Positions 10,703-20,411 of a stretch of 60,629 nucleotides of DNA are shown here, in pieces. This DNA is from Arenicellales bacterium (GTDB lineage Bacteria > Pseudomonadota > Gammaproteobacteria > Arenicellales > JAANXG01): assembly GCA_030066885.1 (NCBI GenBank), contig JASJAT010000051.1, forward strand, positions 1 to 60,629, read 5' to 3'. The notes beneath the pieces are model-generated. The model saw only the letters and a list, made by a program, of their open reading frames with translations. It had not been told where the DNA came from and ran no database searches. Position 1 is the stretch's first letter, and every line of letters begins with the position of its first letter. The position numbers and the translations under genes are program-made.

Positions 10703-10778
10703 GGGTGCTTAGCTCAGTTGGGAGAGCGTCGCCCTTACAAGGCGAAGGTCGGCGGTTCAAGCCCGTCAGCACCCACCA
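10703..10778 (+). tRNA. tRNA-Val(TAC).
   Basis: Acceptor GGGTGCT/AGCACCC, anticodon arm TCGCC-CTTACAA-GGCGA, T-loop TTCAAGC, A-CCA. 76 nt. Confidence 0.92.
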
Positions 10779-10796
10779 GCACGAGCGTGTCGACCA

Positions 10797-10873
10797 GGAG
10801 CGGTAGTTCAGTTGGTTAGAATACCGGCCTGTCACGCCGGGGGTCGCGGGTTCGAGTCCCGTCCGCTCCGCCA
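10797..10873 (+). tRNA. tRNA-Asp(GTC).
   Basis: Acceptor GGAGCGG/CCGCTCC, anticodon arm CCGGC-CTGTCAC-GCCGG, T-arm GCGGG-TTCGAGT-CCCGT, G-CCA. 77 nt. Confidence 0.92.
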
Positions 10874-10892
10874 CACGATAGTACGATAACAT

Positions 10893-10914
10893 AAGGGCGA
10901 GTTTTCTCGCCCTT
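10893..10914 (+). terminator. Hairpin terminator after the hupB-tRNA-Val-tRNA-Asp unit.
   Basis: AAGGGCGAG-TTTT-CTCGCCCTT followed by TCCATT (weak T tract). Confidence 0.45.
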
Positions 10915-10951
10915 TCCATTATGTCTTGCCGAAAAACTTTTTTTAGTACTG

Positions 10952-12862
10952 ATGCTCACTGAGATTAAAGACCGCGCCACCGGCTGGATTGCGTGGATCA
11001 TCGTTATCATCATTTCCATACCTTTCGCCCTCTGGGGTGTAAATGAGTACTTTGCTGGTGGTTCGTCACTAAACGTCGCGGTAGTCGACGGCCAAGAAAT
11101 AGACCAGCAAACTTACCGCTATGCACTCGAGGAACGCCGAAGCATGGCGCGTCGTTTGTTAGGGAACCAATTTGACCCGGACTCGACCAACACCATCGAA
11201 TTTAGAATGGCGGTTTTGGATGACCTAGTTCTGCGACAACTCTTGCAGGAGAACGCTGAGGATGCAGGTTTCAGGGTGAGTGATGAACAACTCGCAGCGT
11301 TTATAAGAACCACCCCACAATTCCAGCGCGAAGGTCAGTTCGATTCAGCGGCTTATCAACAAGCAGTGCAAGCACTGGGTTACACAAAGGTAGGGTTCGA
11401 GACTTACCTTCGTCAGCAGAACATGCTGCAACAAATGCAGGATGGACTCGAAAGATCATCATTCATTACGGCGCGAGATGAAGAGAGCTTGTTGACGTTG
11501 GCACAGGAAAGGCGAGTGTTTGACTACGCAATGATAGAGCCAGAGGCATTTGAATCAGAGATTAGTATCTCTGAAGAGGAAATTAAAAATTACTATAACG
11601 AAAACCCGGAGCTCTACCGCTCACCGGAGATGATCAAAGTTGAATACGTTCAATTGGCCGTTGCTGATCTCGCTGAAGATGTAGAGATTACAGAAGAGGA
11701 TATAAAACGTTACTACGAAGAGAACAAAGATCTTTACAAGACCCGCGAGCAACGCAAAGCCAGCCACATCCTTCTTAAATTAGATGAGGATGCAGATGAG
11801 GCGACTGCGCAAGAGGCGCTAAGAAAAGCGCAATCATTGGCGCAAAAAGCACGGGATGGAGAAGATTTCGCGGAACTTGCCAAGCAGCATTCCCAGGACC
11901 CCGGTTCCGCGGCGCTTGGTGGGGACCTTGGATTGGTCGAAGCCGGTGTCATGGTTAAACCATTTGAAGATAGGCTGTTTGACATGCGGGAAGGAGAGGT
12001 CAGTGATCCGGTGAAGACGCGTTATGGCTACCACATCATAAAGCTCACTGAATTGATTGCAGAACAAGGTCAAGATCTGTCTGAAGTTTATAATGAGATC
12101 GAGGATGAGGTACGCCAAAGGCTCGCGGAAGCGTCGTTTGTTGATCGTGCAGAGACCTTCAAGAACCTTGTATTCGAGCAACCGGAGTCGTTACAGCCGG
12201 TAGCCGAAGAACTTGAGCTGGATCTCGAGGCTTCTGAATGGTTCTCGCAGGGGTCGGGTACGGGAATCGCGGAAAGCGAGAAAGTAAGAGATAGTGCGTT
12301 TAGTGATGACGTCTATATTGAGAATCTGAATAGTGAAGCTATCGAACTTGACATCAACACACTGGTTGCTTTGCGAAAAATTGAAACACAGGAAGCTAGC
12401 CTAAAACCTCTCGATGAAGTGGCGAATCAAATAGAGCAGACTTTGAAACAACAAAAGGCACGAGAGCAATCCCAGAACAAAGGAAGCGAGCTCTTAGCCA
12501 AGTTGAACGAAAGCGGCGACTGGGATTCGTTACTGGCGGAGCACGGGCTCGAGTCGCAACAGGCCGCCCAATTCCGATTGGGGTCTGACTCAGATCTGCC
12601 TCTTCGGCTTTCCACCGAAGTATTTCGAGCCGCAACCGCTACTCAAGAACCGGTATATGGTGGTGTTGTTCTTGTTGACGGTAGTTACACGTTGTTTCGC
12701 CTCACCGAGGTTGAGAAGGGGGTTCCGGCTAACGCGGATGACAACACCAAACAAGCGGTGGCTCAGTCACTCACCAGCCGGCGTGGTGCAGACTATTTTT
12801 TAAGTTACCAGCGAGGATTGAGAGAGTCTGCGGATATCGAAATCTTCGAAGAAAACATGTAA
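10952..12862 (+). CDS. ppiD: Periplasmic chaperone / peptidyl-prolyl isomerase PpiD.
   Basis: N-terminal anchor WIAWIIVIIISIPFALWGV and a parvulin segment ASHILL...GGDLG...GYHIIKL. Conserved position after hupB. Confidence 0.9.
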   Translation: MLTEIKDRATGWIAWIIVIIISIPFALWGVNEYFAGGSSLNVAVVDGQEIDQQTYRYALEERRSMARRLLGNQFDPDSTNTIEFRMAVLDDLVLRQLLQENAEDAGFRVSDEQLAAFIRTTPQFQREGQFDSAAYQQAVQALGYTKVGFETYLRQQNMLQQMQDGLERSSFITARDEESLLTLAQERRVFDYAMIEPEAFESEISISEEEIKNYYNENPELYRSPEMIKVEYVQLAVADLAEDVEITEEDIKRYYEENKDLYKTREQRKASHILLKLDEDADEATAQEALRKAQSLAQKARDGEDFAELAKQHSQDPGSAALGGDLGLVEAGVMVKPFEDRLFDMREGEVSDPVKTRYGYHIIKLTELIAEQGQDLSEVYNEIEDEVRQRLAEASFVDRAETFKNLVFEQPESLQPVAEELELDLEASEWFSQGSGTGIAESEKVRDSAFSDDVYIENLNSEAIELDINTLVALRKIETQEASLKPLDEVANQIEQTLKQQKAREQSQNKGSELLAKLNESGDWDSLLAEHGLESQQAAQFRLGSDSDLPLRLSTEVFRAATATQEPVYGGVVLVDGSYTLFRLTEVEKGVPANADDNTKQAVAQSLTSRRGADYFLSYQRGLRESADIEIFEENM

Positions 12863-12865
12863 ATA

Positions 12866-12923
12866 AAAACCGGGGACAGTATACTTTTTAACAATACTTA
12901 AAAAGTATACTGTCCCCGGTTTT
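12866..12923. repeat. Perfect 25-bp inverted repeat (8-nt loop), acting as a bidirectional terminator between ppiD and fabI. It is the short copy of a repeat family also found at 53723-53843.
   Basis: AAAACCGGGGACAGTATACTTTTTA-ACAATACT-TAAAAAGTATACTGTCCCCGGTTTT. A/T runs on both flanks. Confidence 0.8.
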
Positions 12924-12934
12924 GTTAGGTTTAA

Positions 12935-13729
12935 CTACTCTTGTAGAAATCTTTCACTCATTCCCATCATGTTGAAACCGGCGTCGACGTACATGATCTC
13001 ACCCGTAATGCCGGACGCCAAATCAGAACAAAGGAATGCCGCCGCGTTACCGACTTCATCAATAGTTACCCCCCGGCCCAGTGGCACTACTTTTTCATAG
13101 TATTGCATCATCTTTTTGAATCCGCTAATGCCCGCGGCTGCCAAAGTCCGGATAGGGCCAGCGGAGACTGCATTGACCCGAATACCATCCGGCCCTAGAG
13201 ATTGTGCGAGGTAGCGAACATTTGCTTCCAAACTGGCCTTAGCCAATCCCATGACGTTATAGCCGGGCATGGCCCGAATCGATCCGATGTAGGTGAGCGT
13301 TAGCAGCGCTGCGTTGCGGCCAGACATCATACTGCGGCCAGCCTTAGCCAGGGCGGCGAAACTGTATGAGCTGATATCGTGCGCCAAGCGAAATCCTTCT
13401 CGCGTAACCGCATCCAGATAAATCCCTTCTAACTCCTCTCGGGGCGCAAAAGCGACGCAATGAACGATGCAATCTAAACCGTCCCAATGGCTATTCAGTT
13501 GGTTAAATACGTTATCGATCTGCTGGTCGCTTGCAACATCCATCGGCAGCACAATGTCCGAATCGACTTCGGAAGCGTATTTTTCGACACGAGGTTTGAG
13601 TTTGTCGGTTTGATAGGTAAATGCCAAATGAGCCCCCTCCCGATGCATCGCTTTGGCAATGCCCCAAGCAATAGAACGTTCACTTGCAACGCCTACTACT
13701 AAAGTACGTTTTCCCGTTAAGAATCCCAT
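12935..13729 (-). CDS. fabI: Enoyl-[acyl-carrier-protein] reductase (NADH) FabI.
   Basis: [25 protein letters not shown]..., [12 protein letters not shown] (Tyr-x6-Lys), [10 protein letters not shown]. Confidence 0.94.
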   Translation of the reverse strand: MGFLTGKRTLVVGVASERSIAWGIAKAMHREGAHLAFTYQTDKLKPRVEKYASEVDSDIVLPMDVASDQQIDNVFNQLNSHWDGLDCIVHCVAFAPREELEGIYLDAVTREGFRLAHDISSYSFAALAKAGRSMMSGRNAALLTLTYIGSIRAMPGYNVMGLAKASLEANVRYLAQSLGPDGIRVNAVSAGPIRTLAAAGISGFKKMMQYYEKVVPLGRGVTIDEVGNAAAFLCSDLASGITGEIMYVDAGFNMMGMSERFLQE

Positions 13730-13752
13730 TGATTTTCTCGCTTAGAGTTATA

Positions 13753-15951
13753 ATGAATTTCATGAGTCGGATATCACACTTGTATAACATCCCCAAATTT
13801 CTGTCAAAGTTAACTCTCTTTAGCGCGATTTACTTATGCTCAGGATTTGATGGACAAGCAGCGTGGAATGATCCGTATCCGCCGGACGAAATTGGCACAA
13901 ACATTTTGTACTTGTCTTTTTCAGAACGACCGAAACATCTCGATCCGGCTCGAGCCTACAGTTCCGACGAGTACAGCTTTTTAGGTCAGATTTATGAACC
14001 TCCGTTACAGTATCATTTTCTGCGCCGACCTTATACGTTGGTCCCCTTAACAACGAATGGAACACCGATAATTCGCTACCTGGATGAAGATGAACGGGAG
14101 CTCAACAGCGATACATCGGTTGAAAGGATTGCCTTTACAGTTTATGAATTCTCCATTAAGCCGGGCATCGAGTTTCAGCCACATCCGGCACTGGCCAAAG
14201 ACGACAGTGGAGCCTATCGGTATCACAGCTTAGACGTCGATGAAATCAATAACGTTCACTCCCTCCGAGATTTTAGGTACACGGGCACTCGGGAGCTCAC
14301 CGCCGAGGACTACGTTTATCAAATCAAGAGGCTGGCGGATCCCAAACGGCATAGCCCTATCGCTGGCGTAATGGCGCAGTACATAGTGGGATTTTCCGAA
14401 CTTATTGATGCTCTCGAACGCGTGCACACAGGTAACACAAAAGGCTCCTTCGTCGATCTACGTGAGTACCCACTGAAGGGAGTGGAAACTACTGACCGCT
14501 ATACCTACCGGATCAAGATTAAAAACAAGTACCCACAGTTTTTGTATTGGCAAGCTATGCTGTTTTTTGCGCCGATGCCTTGGGAGGCTGAAAAGTTTTA
14601 TTCTCAATCGGGCCTGCAAAAAAGGAATATTACTTTGGATTGGTATCCGATCGGGACCGGCCCCTTTTTTCTAACAGAAAACAACCCGAACCTGCGCATG
14701 GTTCTAACGCGTAATCCCAATTTCCGCGGCGAAACCTACCCACAATATGGCGAGCCTGAGGATAAACAATCGGGATTGCTTAAAGACGCGGGTAAGACGT
14801 TACCCTTCATAGACAGAGCGGTGTATAGCCTTGAAAAGGAATCGATACCTAGATGGAACAAATTCCTGCAAGGATATTACGATAACTCAGGTATAACCTC
14901 GGATAGCTTCGACCAAGCTGTGCAATTCAACAGTCAGGGTGATGCCAGGTTGACTGAAGCGATGCAAGAGCGGGGCATAAAATTGTCCACTGCCATTCAA
15001 ACCAGCATTTACTATATGGGATTCAATATGTTGGATGAGGTTATCGGGGGCAACAGTGAGAAGTCGCGTAAGTTGCGCCAAGCTATATCAATAGCGATGG
15101 ATTTCGAAGAGTTCATCTCGATATTCACAAACGGAAGAGGCCTGCCCGCGCAAGGCCCTATTCCCCCTGGAATATTTGGTGCTCACAGGGATGCTATGGG
15201 TATAAATCCATACGTGTACGATTGGGTGGACGGCAAAGCGCGGCGGAAACCAATAGAAGTCGCACATCAGTTGATGCGTGATGCTGGCTACGAGAGTGGG
15301 GTTGATAAGGAAAGTGGTGAACCCCTGTCGCTACATTTTGAAGCCGTAGCTAGAGGACCCGATGACAAGGCCAGGTTGAATTGGATCAGAAAGCAGTTCG
15401 ATAAGCTAGGGATACAATTGATCGTTAGGGCGACTGACTACAACCGTTTCCGGGAAAAAATGTTAAAAGGTACGGGGGAGATATTTTTCTGGGGTTGGAA
15501 TGCTGATTACCCGGATCCGGAAAACTTTCTGTTTTTGCTATACGGACCGAACTCCAAAGCAATCCACAACGGGGAGAACGCAAGTAATTATCAAAGTTCC
15601 GAATTCGATGATTTGTTCGAGCAAATGAAGAACATGGAAAACACGCCACTGCGCCAATCACTGATTGATAGGATGGTGGAGATAGCGCGCCGGGATGCCC
15701 CATGGATATGGGGGTTTCATCCGATGAGCTTCTCGTTGCATCATTCTTGGTTCCACAACGTTAAGCCAAACCTCATGGCGAACAACCTGTTGAAATATCA
15801 TCGAATCGACCCGGTGCAACGACAGTCTTTAAGGGCGAGTTGGAACGATCCAGTGTGGTGGCCATTGGCGTTATTCGGTGGTTTGGTCGGCTTGAGTATC
15901 CTTCCGGCAATCGTTAGCTTTCGCCGCCGCGAACGCAAGGCTGCGCTGTGA
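13753..15951 (+). CDS. ABC transporter substrate-binding protein, family 5 (peptide/opine/nickel; YejA-like), with an extra C-terminal TM segment.
   Basis: Large SBP_bac_5-like body (FFLTENNPN..., GWNADYPDPENF). N-terminal signal/anchor, and a C-terminal WWPLALFGGLVGLSILPAIVSFRRRERK. Start at ATG 13753, because the track start overlaps fabI. Confidence 0.75.
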   Translation: MNFMSRISHLYNIPKFLSKLTLFSAIYLCSGFDGQAAWNDPYPPDEIGTNILYLSFSERPKHLDPARAYSSDEYSFLGQIYEPPLQYHFLRRPYTLVPLTTNGTPIIRYLDEDERELNSDTSVERIAFTVYEFSIKPGIEFQPHPALAKDDSGAYRYHSLDVDEINNVHSLRDFRYTGTRELTAEDYVYQIKRLADPKRHSPIAGVMAQYIVGFSELIDALERVHTGNTKGSFVDLREYPLKGVETTDRYTYRIKIKNKYPQFLYWQAMLFFAPMPWEAEKFYSQSGLQKRNITLDWYPIGTGPFFLTENNPNLRMVLTRNPNFRGETYPQYGEPEDKQSGLLKDAGKTLPFIDRAVYSLEKESIPRWNKFLQGYYDNSGITSDSFDQAVQFNSQGDARLTEAMQERGIKLSTAIQTSIYYMGFNMLDEVIGGNSEKSRKLRQAISIAMDFEEFISIFTNGRGLPAQGPIPPGIFGAHRDAMGINPYVYDWVDGKARRKPIEVAHQLMRDAGYESGVDKESGEPLSLHFEAVARGPDDKARLNWIRKQFDKLGIQLIVRATDYNRFREKMLKGTGEIFFWGWNADYPDPENFLFLLYGPNSKAIHNGENASNYQSSEFDDLFEQMKNMENTPLRQSLIDRMVEIARRDAPWIWGFHPMSFSLHHSWFHNVKPNLMANNLLKYHRIDPVQRQSLRASWNDPVWWPLALFGGLVGLSILPAIVSFRRRERKAAL

Positions 15952-16925
15952 CGGCGTATATTATCCGTCGTATCTTCTATGCGATTCCCATTCTCATCGG
16001 TGTTAACCTGATTACATTTGTACTGTTCTTTGTAGTCAATACGCCCGATGACATCGCCCGGTCGCAACTGGGCGACAGGCGCATAACCACCGAAGCAATC
16101 GAAAATTGGAAGCATATCCACGGCTACCATAAGCCGGTTGTTTACAACGGTACAGAAAAAGGGGCAAGGAAAATCACCGAAACGATTTTTTATGAAAAGT
16201 CCCTTAGGTTGTTTGCATTTGACTTCGGTCGCTCTGACAGTGGCCGTGACATTGGTCACGATATCAGTCAAAGAATGTGGCCAAGTTTGGCAATAGCCGT
16301 ACCTACCCTATTGGTGGGCATCCTGATAAACATTACCTTCGCCCTAACTATTGCCTTTTTTCGGGCAACTTATATTGATTTTTGGGGTGTTGTGCTATGT
16401 GTGATCCTGCTCTCCATATCTTCATTGTTTTACATCATTGGGGGGCAATTCTTGCTGAGCAAATTACTCCACCTCGTCCCCATCTCCGGATACGATACAG
16501 GGCTTAACGCCGTAAAGTTCCTAATACTGCCCGTGATTATCGGTGTGATTGGCGGTATAGGTGCAGGGACGCGTTGGTATCGTACGATTTTCCTGGAAGA
16601 AATAGAAAAAGACTATGTGCGGATGGCGCGTGCCAAGGGTCTGCCGGAAACACAGGTGTTGTTTGGACATGTTCTGCGCAATGCCATGATCCCCATTCTT
16701 ACTGGAATTGTCGTCCTCCTGCCGTTACTTTTTCTGGGCAGTTTGATAACCGAGTCTTTCTTCGCTATCCCTGGTCTCGGCAGCTATACCATTGAGGGTA
16801 TACAACGTCAGGATTTCGCTATTGTTCGGGCAATGGTTTTTCTTGGTTCTGTGTTGTACATCATCGGCTTATTGCTGACAGATATTTCTTATACCTTGGC
16901 AGATCCTAGGGTATCGCTCAAGTGA
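15948..16925 (+). CDS. ABC transporter permease (YejB/DppB-like).
   Basis: MTAYIIRRIFYAIPILIGVNLITFVLFF is a typical N-terminus. EAA-like loop YVRMARAKGLPETQVLFGHVLRNAMIPI. Confidence 0.88.
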   Translation: MTAYIIRRIFYAIPILIGVNLITFVLFFVVNTPDDIARSQLGDRRITTEAIENWKHIHGYHKPVVYNGTEKGARKITETIFYEKSLRLFAFDFGRSDSGRDIGHDISQRMWPSLAIAVPTLLVGILINITFALTIAFFRATYIDFWGVVLCVILLSISSLFYIIGGQFLLSKLLHLVPISGYDTGLNAVKFLILPVIIGVIGGIGAGTRWYRTIFLEEIEKDYVRMARAKGLPETQVLFGHVLRNAMIPILTGIVVLLPLLFLGSLITESFFAIPGLGSYTIEGIQRQDFAIVRAMVFLGSVLYIIGLLLTDISYTLADPRVSLK

Positions 16926-16953
16926 AAGCTTCAGCAGTTTTGATATCGATGCT

Positions 16954-18390
16954 TTGTCGCCACATACGAGCGGGCTGATAGTCGCGATGCTCGTTCTGTT
17001 CTGGACGGATATCTTGCTCTTTTCCCTGGTTGTTCTAGTAGTCGGGTTTGCAATATATGCGTCTCGTAAGGAGCACTTACGGGCACCGTGGCGGGAAGTC
17101 AGCCGTAGCGGTGTGGCAATGAGTGCACTGGTAGTGCTGTCTTTGTACCTGGTGATCGGGCTGCTGGATTCTGTACATTTTCGACCCCAGCTGGCGGACA
17201 GGGAAGACGCAGATGATGTGCGGTATTCCACTGAAGTTTTAAGCGCGTTCGACTGGTTGTTTGCCGACCTGCGCAAACGGAGCGAAAAAACGTACTCGGC
17301 ACCGTTCGCGATCCATTTGTATAACAAGGAGGTAGTTGAGTCGGAGCTGGGTGAGCGGCGGCAGGTTTACCCCCGCCTTAAATTCGGTGGAGCACATCTA
17401 CCCAATGCTCAAAAGAAAACTATAGATATCGCTCTTACCTCGGTGGTGGCTGGATTGAAGGCGTTGGCGTTGTGGGCTCTCATTGTTTTGGCAATTGCAA
17501 GACTATGGGCTTACCGCGAAAGTGTCGGGACGCGACAGGGTTTGCAGAAAATACTGCTTGGACACACTGTCGTCAGCTGGCGAGCGATACTGTTTAGTTT
17601 GTTCTTTGTGCTTCTTATTACATGGGTGGCTATCGATTTATCACAAAAATACCACGTCCTCGGTACGGATAAAGTTGGAGAAGATGTATTCTATCAAGCA
17701 CTCAAGAGTATTCGGACCGGATTAGTTATTGGAACACTGACCACGTTGGTGATGCTGCCGTTCGCGATCCTGTTCGGAATCATGGCCGGCTATTTCGGTG
17801 GATGGGTCGACGATTTCATTCAGTATTTTTACACAACGCTCAACTCTATCCCGAGCGTGCTGTTGATCGCCGCTGCTATTTTAATGTTGCAAGTGTACCT
17901 AGATAACCACGCTACTGAATTCTCGAGTGTATCGGAGCGGGCTGATTTAAGGTTGCTATTCCTCTGTCTGATCCTGGGGGTAACCAGTTGGACTGGTCTA
18001 TGCCGGTACTTGCGTGGAGAGTCACTTAAACTTCGAGAGATTGACTTTATTCAATCGGCTACAGCGCTGGGTGTAGGGCATTTTTCAATTATTGTTCGAC
18101 ATATTTTACCCAATGTAATGCATATCGTCTTGATTACTGTGGTGTTGGATTTTAGTGGGTTAGTACTTGCAGAGGCAGTGTTGTCTTATGTTCAAATCGG
18201 GGTCGATCCAACAACCAACAGTTGGGGCAACATGATCAACAGCGCACGTTTGGAAATGGCCCGCGATCCCATTGTTTGGTGGTCTTTAGCGGCAGCATTC
18301 ATTTTTATGTTTACGCTTGTGCTGGCAGCGAATCTATTCTCTGACGCTGTGAGGGATGCGTTTGATCCCCGTCTTCGAACCCGTTCATGA
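16954..18390 (+). CDS. ABC transporter permease (YejE/DppC-like) with a ~200-aa N-terminal membrane extension.
   Basis: C-terminal core DFIQSATALGVGHFSIIVRHILPNVM. Extra N-terminal TM helices. Confidence 0.85.
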   Translation: MSPHTSGLIVAMLVLFWTDILLFSLVVLVVGFAIYASRKEHLRAPWREVSRSGVAMSALVVLSLYLVIGLLDSVHFRPQLADREDADDVRYSTEVLSAFDWLFADLRKRSEKTYSAPFAIHLYNKEVVESELGERRQVYPRLKFGGAHLPNAQKKTIDIALTSVVAGLKALALWALIVLAIARLWAYRESVGTRQGLQKILLGHTVVSWRAILFSLFFVLLITWVAIDLSQKYHVLGTDKVGEDVFYQALKSIRTGLVIGTLTTLVMLPFAILFGIMAGYFGGWVDDFIQYFYTTLNSIPSVLLIAAAILMLQVYLDNHATEFSSVSERADLRLLFLCLILGVTSWTGLCRYLRGESLKLREIDFIQSATALGVGHFSIIVRHILPNVMHIVLITVVLDFSGLVLAEAVLSYVQIGVDPTTNSWGNMINSARLEMARDPIVWWSLAAAFIFMFTLVLAANLFSDAVRDAFDPRLRTRS

Positions 18391-20405
18391 ATAGTAAGAT
18401 TCTACAGGTGGAGGGACTTACCAGTTTCCTAGGCAGCAGAGAATACCCAATACGGGCAGTGGACGGAATCACCTTTGACATCAACCAAGGAGAAACTTTT
18501 GCCTTGGTAGGGGAGTCTGGCTGTGGTAAGTCCATGACTGCGCTTTCCTTAATGCGTTTGTTGCCTACATCTGGTCGAATCATCGCGGGTAGTGTGCGCT
18601 TCGGTGACCGGGATCTGCTCAGGCTGTCGGAGACTCAAATGCGGAGTATACGCGGAGCCGGAATATCGATGATCTTCCAGGAGCCCATGACATCACTTAA
18701 TCCTGTTTTGAGCGTAGGGCGACAAATTTTGGAATCCCTCGCGATTCATCAGACTTTACGCGGTAAAGCAGCCTGGGATAAGGCTGTCGATTTGCTCCGC
18801 GCGGTTGGGATTCCTAGGCCAGAACAAGTAATCGACAACTACCCCCATCAACTTTCCGGGGGTATGAAACAAAGGGTCGTCATTGCCATCGCATTGGCAA
18901 ACGAACCGAAACTGCTTATCGCAGATGAGCCTACGACTGCGCTTGATGTGACAATCCAAGCTCAAGTGCTCGACTTGATTCTAGAACTACAAAAAAAGCG
19001 GGGCATGGCGGTGATGCTGATAACGCATGACCTGGGCGTAGTCAATGAGCTCGCCGACAAAGTAGCTGTCATGTACGCAGGACAGATAGTGGAGGAAAAC
19101 GGCCGTGAAACCTTCTTTGCAGACCCAGCACACCCTTACAGTCAGAAGCTATTCGATTCTTTACCCGGTTTAAATAAGCGAAACGAGGAACTGGATGTCA
19201 TCCACGGTTTCGTACCGTCACTGCAATCAACGTTCGATGGATGTCGTTTTTTTTCACGCTGCCATCGGGCATTGACTTTGTGTGAAAAAAAGGTGCCTGT
19301 TTGGTCGCATCACAACGATGGCCGAGTCTTTTGTCATCTTTACTCGACTGAACAAAAAGACACGGGTCTTTCTAAACATCAAGTACATGGATCGAATAAC
19401 GAAAAGCTCTACGCAGACAACTATAACGATCGAAGTGCATTGCTAAGCGTTGATGGATTAAAGATCCATTTTCCCATCAAATCTGGGTTACTCAGGCGGA
19501 CTGTAGGATACGTGCGTGCTGTGGACGGGGTTACTATTGAAATACCTAAAGCTAAAACCTTGGCTCTCGTCGGCGAGTCCGGGTGTGGCAAGACCACGGT
19601 TGGCAAAGGAATCTTGCAGCTGATTAAGCCCACCTCTGGTAAGGTTATGTTCGAAGGCATGGAGCTCACCCGGATCAATAGCTTTCGGCTGCGGGAGAAA
19701 AGGTCGGACTTCCAAATAATTTTTCAAGACCCCTATTCTTCGATGAATCCACGCATGTTGGTGGGTGACATTATTGCTGAAGGATTGCGCCGCTATTCAG
19801 ACTCGAATGCTACATCCAGGCGTCGGCGGGTAAGGGAACTCCTGGAGAAGGTCGGCTTACCTGCAGATAGTATGGAACGTTACCCTCATGAGTTTTCAGG
19901 CGGACAGCGTCAACGCATATCCATAGCCAGGGCGTTGGCGGTTGATCCAAAGTTAATTGTGTGTGACGAACCAACTAGTGCGTTGGACGTATCCGTTCAG
20001 GCTCAGATACTGAATTTACTGAAGGACCTACAGAGCCACATGGGCATTTCTTATTTGTTTATTACGCATGATATATCCGTGGTCGCTTACTTAGCCCACG
20101 AGGTAGCGGTCATGTATCTCGGTCGTATTGTTGAGTATGGCCCAGTCGATCAAATCCTCTCCCAGCCCAAGCATCCTTACACCCAGGCGCTGCTGTCAGC
20201 CGTGCCGCAGCTCGATGTTCGCGGTCCGCGTCTATTCATTCGTTTAACGGGTGACATGCCTTCTCCTTCAGATCCTCCCTCCGGTTGTTTCTTCCATCCC
20301 AGGTGTAGTCAAGCGTTGGATACCTGTCGATCACAATACCCTCCGGTGACAAGGCTCTCTGACGGTCATTTAACCAATTGTCATCTGTATACCGCGGAGA
20401 GCTAG
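18387..20405 (+). CDS. Fused double ATPase of a peptide-type ABC transporter (YejF-like).
   Basis: Two Walker A motifs (GESGCGKS twice), two signature motifs (LSGGMKQR, FSGGQRQR) and two oligopeptide C-terminal Cys motifs. ATGA overlap with the permease. Confidence 0.92.
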   Translation: MNSKILQVEGLTSFLGSREYPIRAVDGITFDINQGETFALVGESGCGKSMTALSLMRLLPTSGRIIAGSVRFGDRDLLRLSETQMRSIRGAGISMIFQEPMTSLNPVLSVGRQILESLAIHQTLRGKAAWDKAVDLLRAVGIPRPEQVIDNYPHQLSGGMKQRVVIAIALANEPKLLIADEPTTALDVTIQAQVLDLILELQKKRGMAVMLITHDLGVVNELADKVAVMYAGQIVEENGRETFFADPAHPYSQKLFDSLPGLNKRNEELDVIHGFVPSLQSTFDGCRFFSRCHRALTLCEKKVPVWSHHNDGRVFCHLYSTEQKDTGLSKHQVHGSNNEKLYADNYNDRSALLSVDGLKIHFPIKSGLLRRTVGYVRAVDGVTIEIPKAKTLALVGESGCGKTTVGKGILQLIKPTSGKVMFEGMELTRINSFRLREKRSDFQIIFQDPYSSMNPRMLVGDIIAEGLRRYSDSNATSRRRRVRELLEKVGLPADSMERYPHEFSGGQRQRISIARALAVDPKLIVCDEPTSALDVSVQAQILNLLKDLQSHMGISYLFITHDISVVAYLAHEVAVMYLGRIVEYGPVDQILSQPKHPYTQALLSAVPQLDVRGPRLFIRLTGDMPSPSDPPSGCFFHPRCSQALDTCRSQYPPVTRLSDGHLTNCHLYTAES

Positions 20406-20411
20406 GCCAGC

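Noticed and set aside
13684-13752. Extended N-termini given by the ORF track, for example the SBP from 13684. The same applies to the acidic protein from 28130, the oxidoreductase from 54695, gntR from 54644, the CPBP protein from 23375 and the fadN-like gene from 41259.
   Set aside because: These extensions overlap neighbouring genes or divergent promoters and lack SDs. Internal starts with an SD or ATGA/TAATG coupling give family-typical N-termini.
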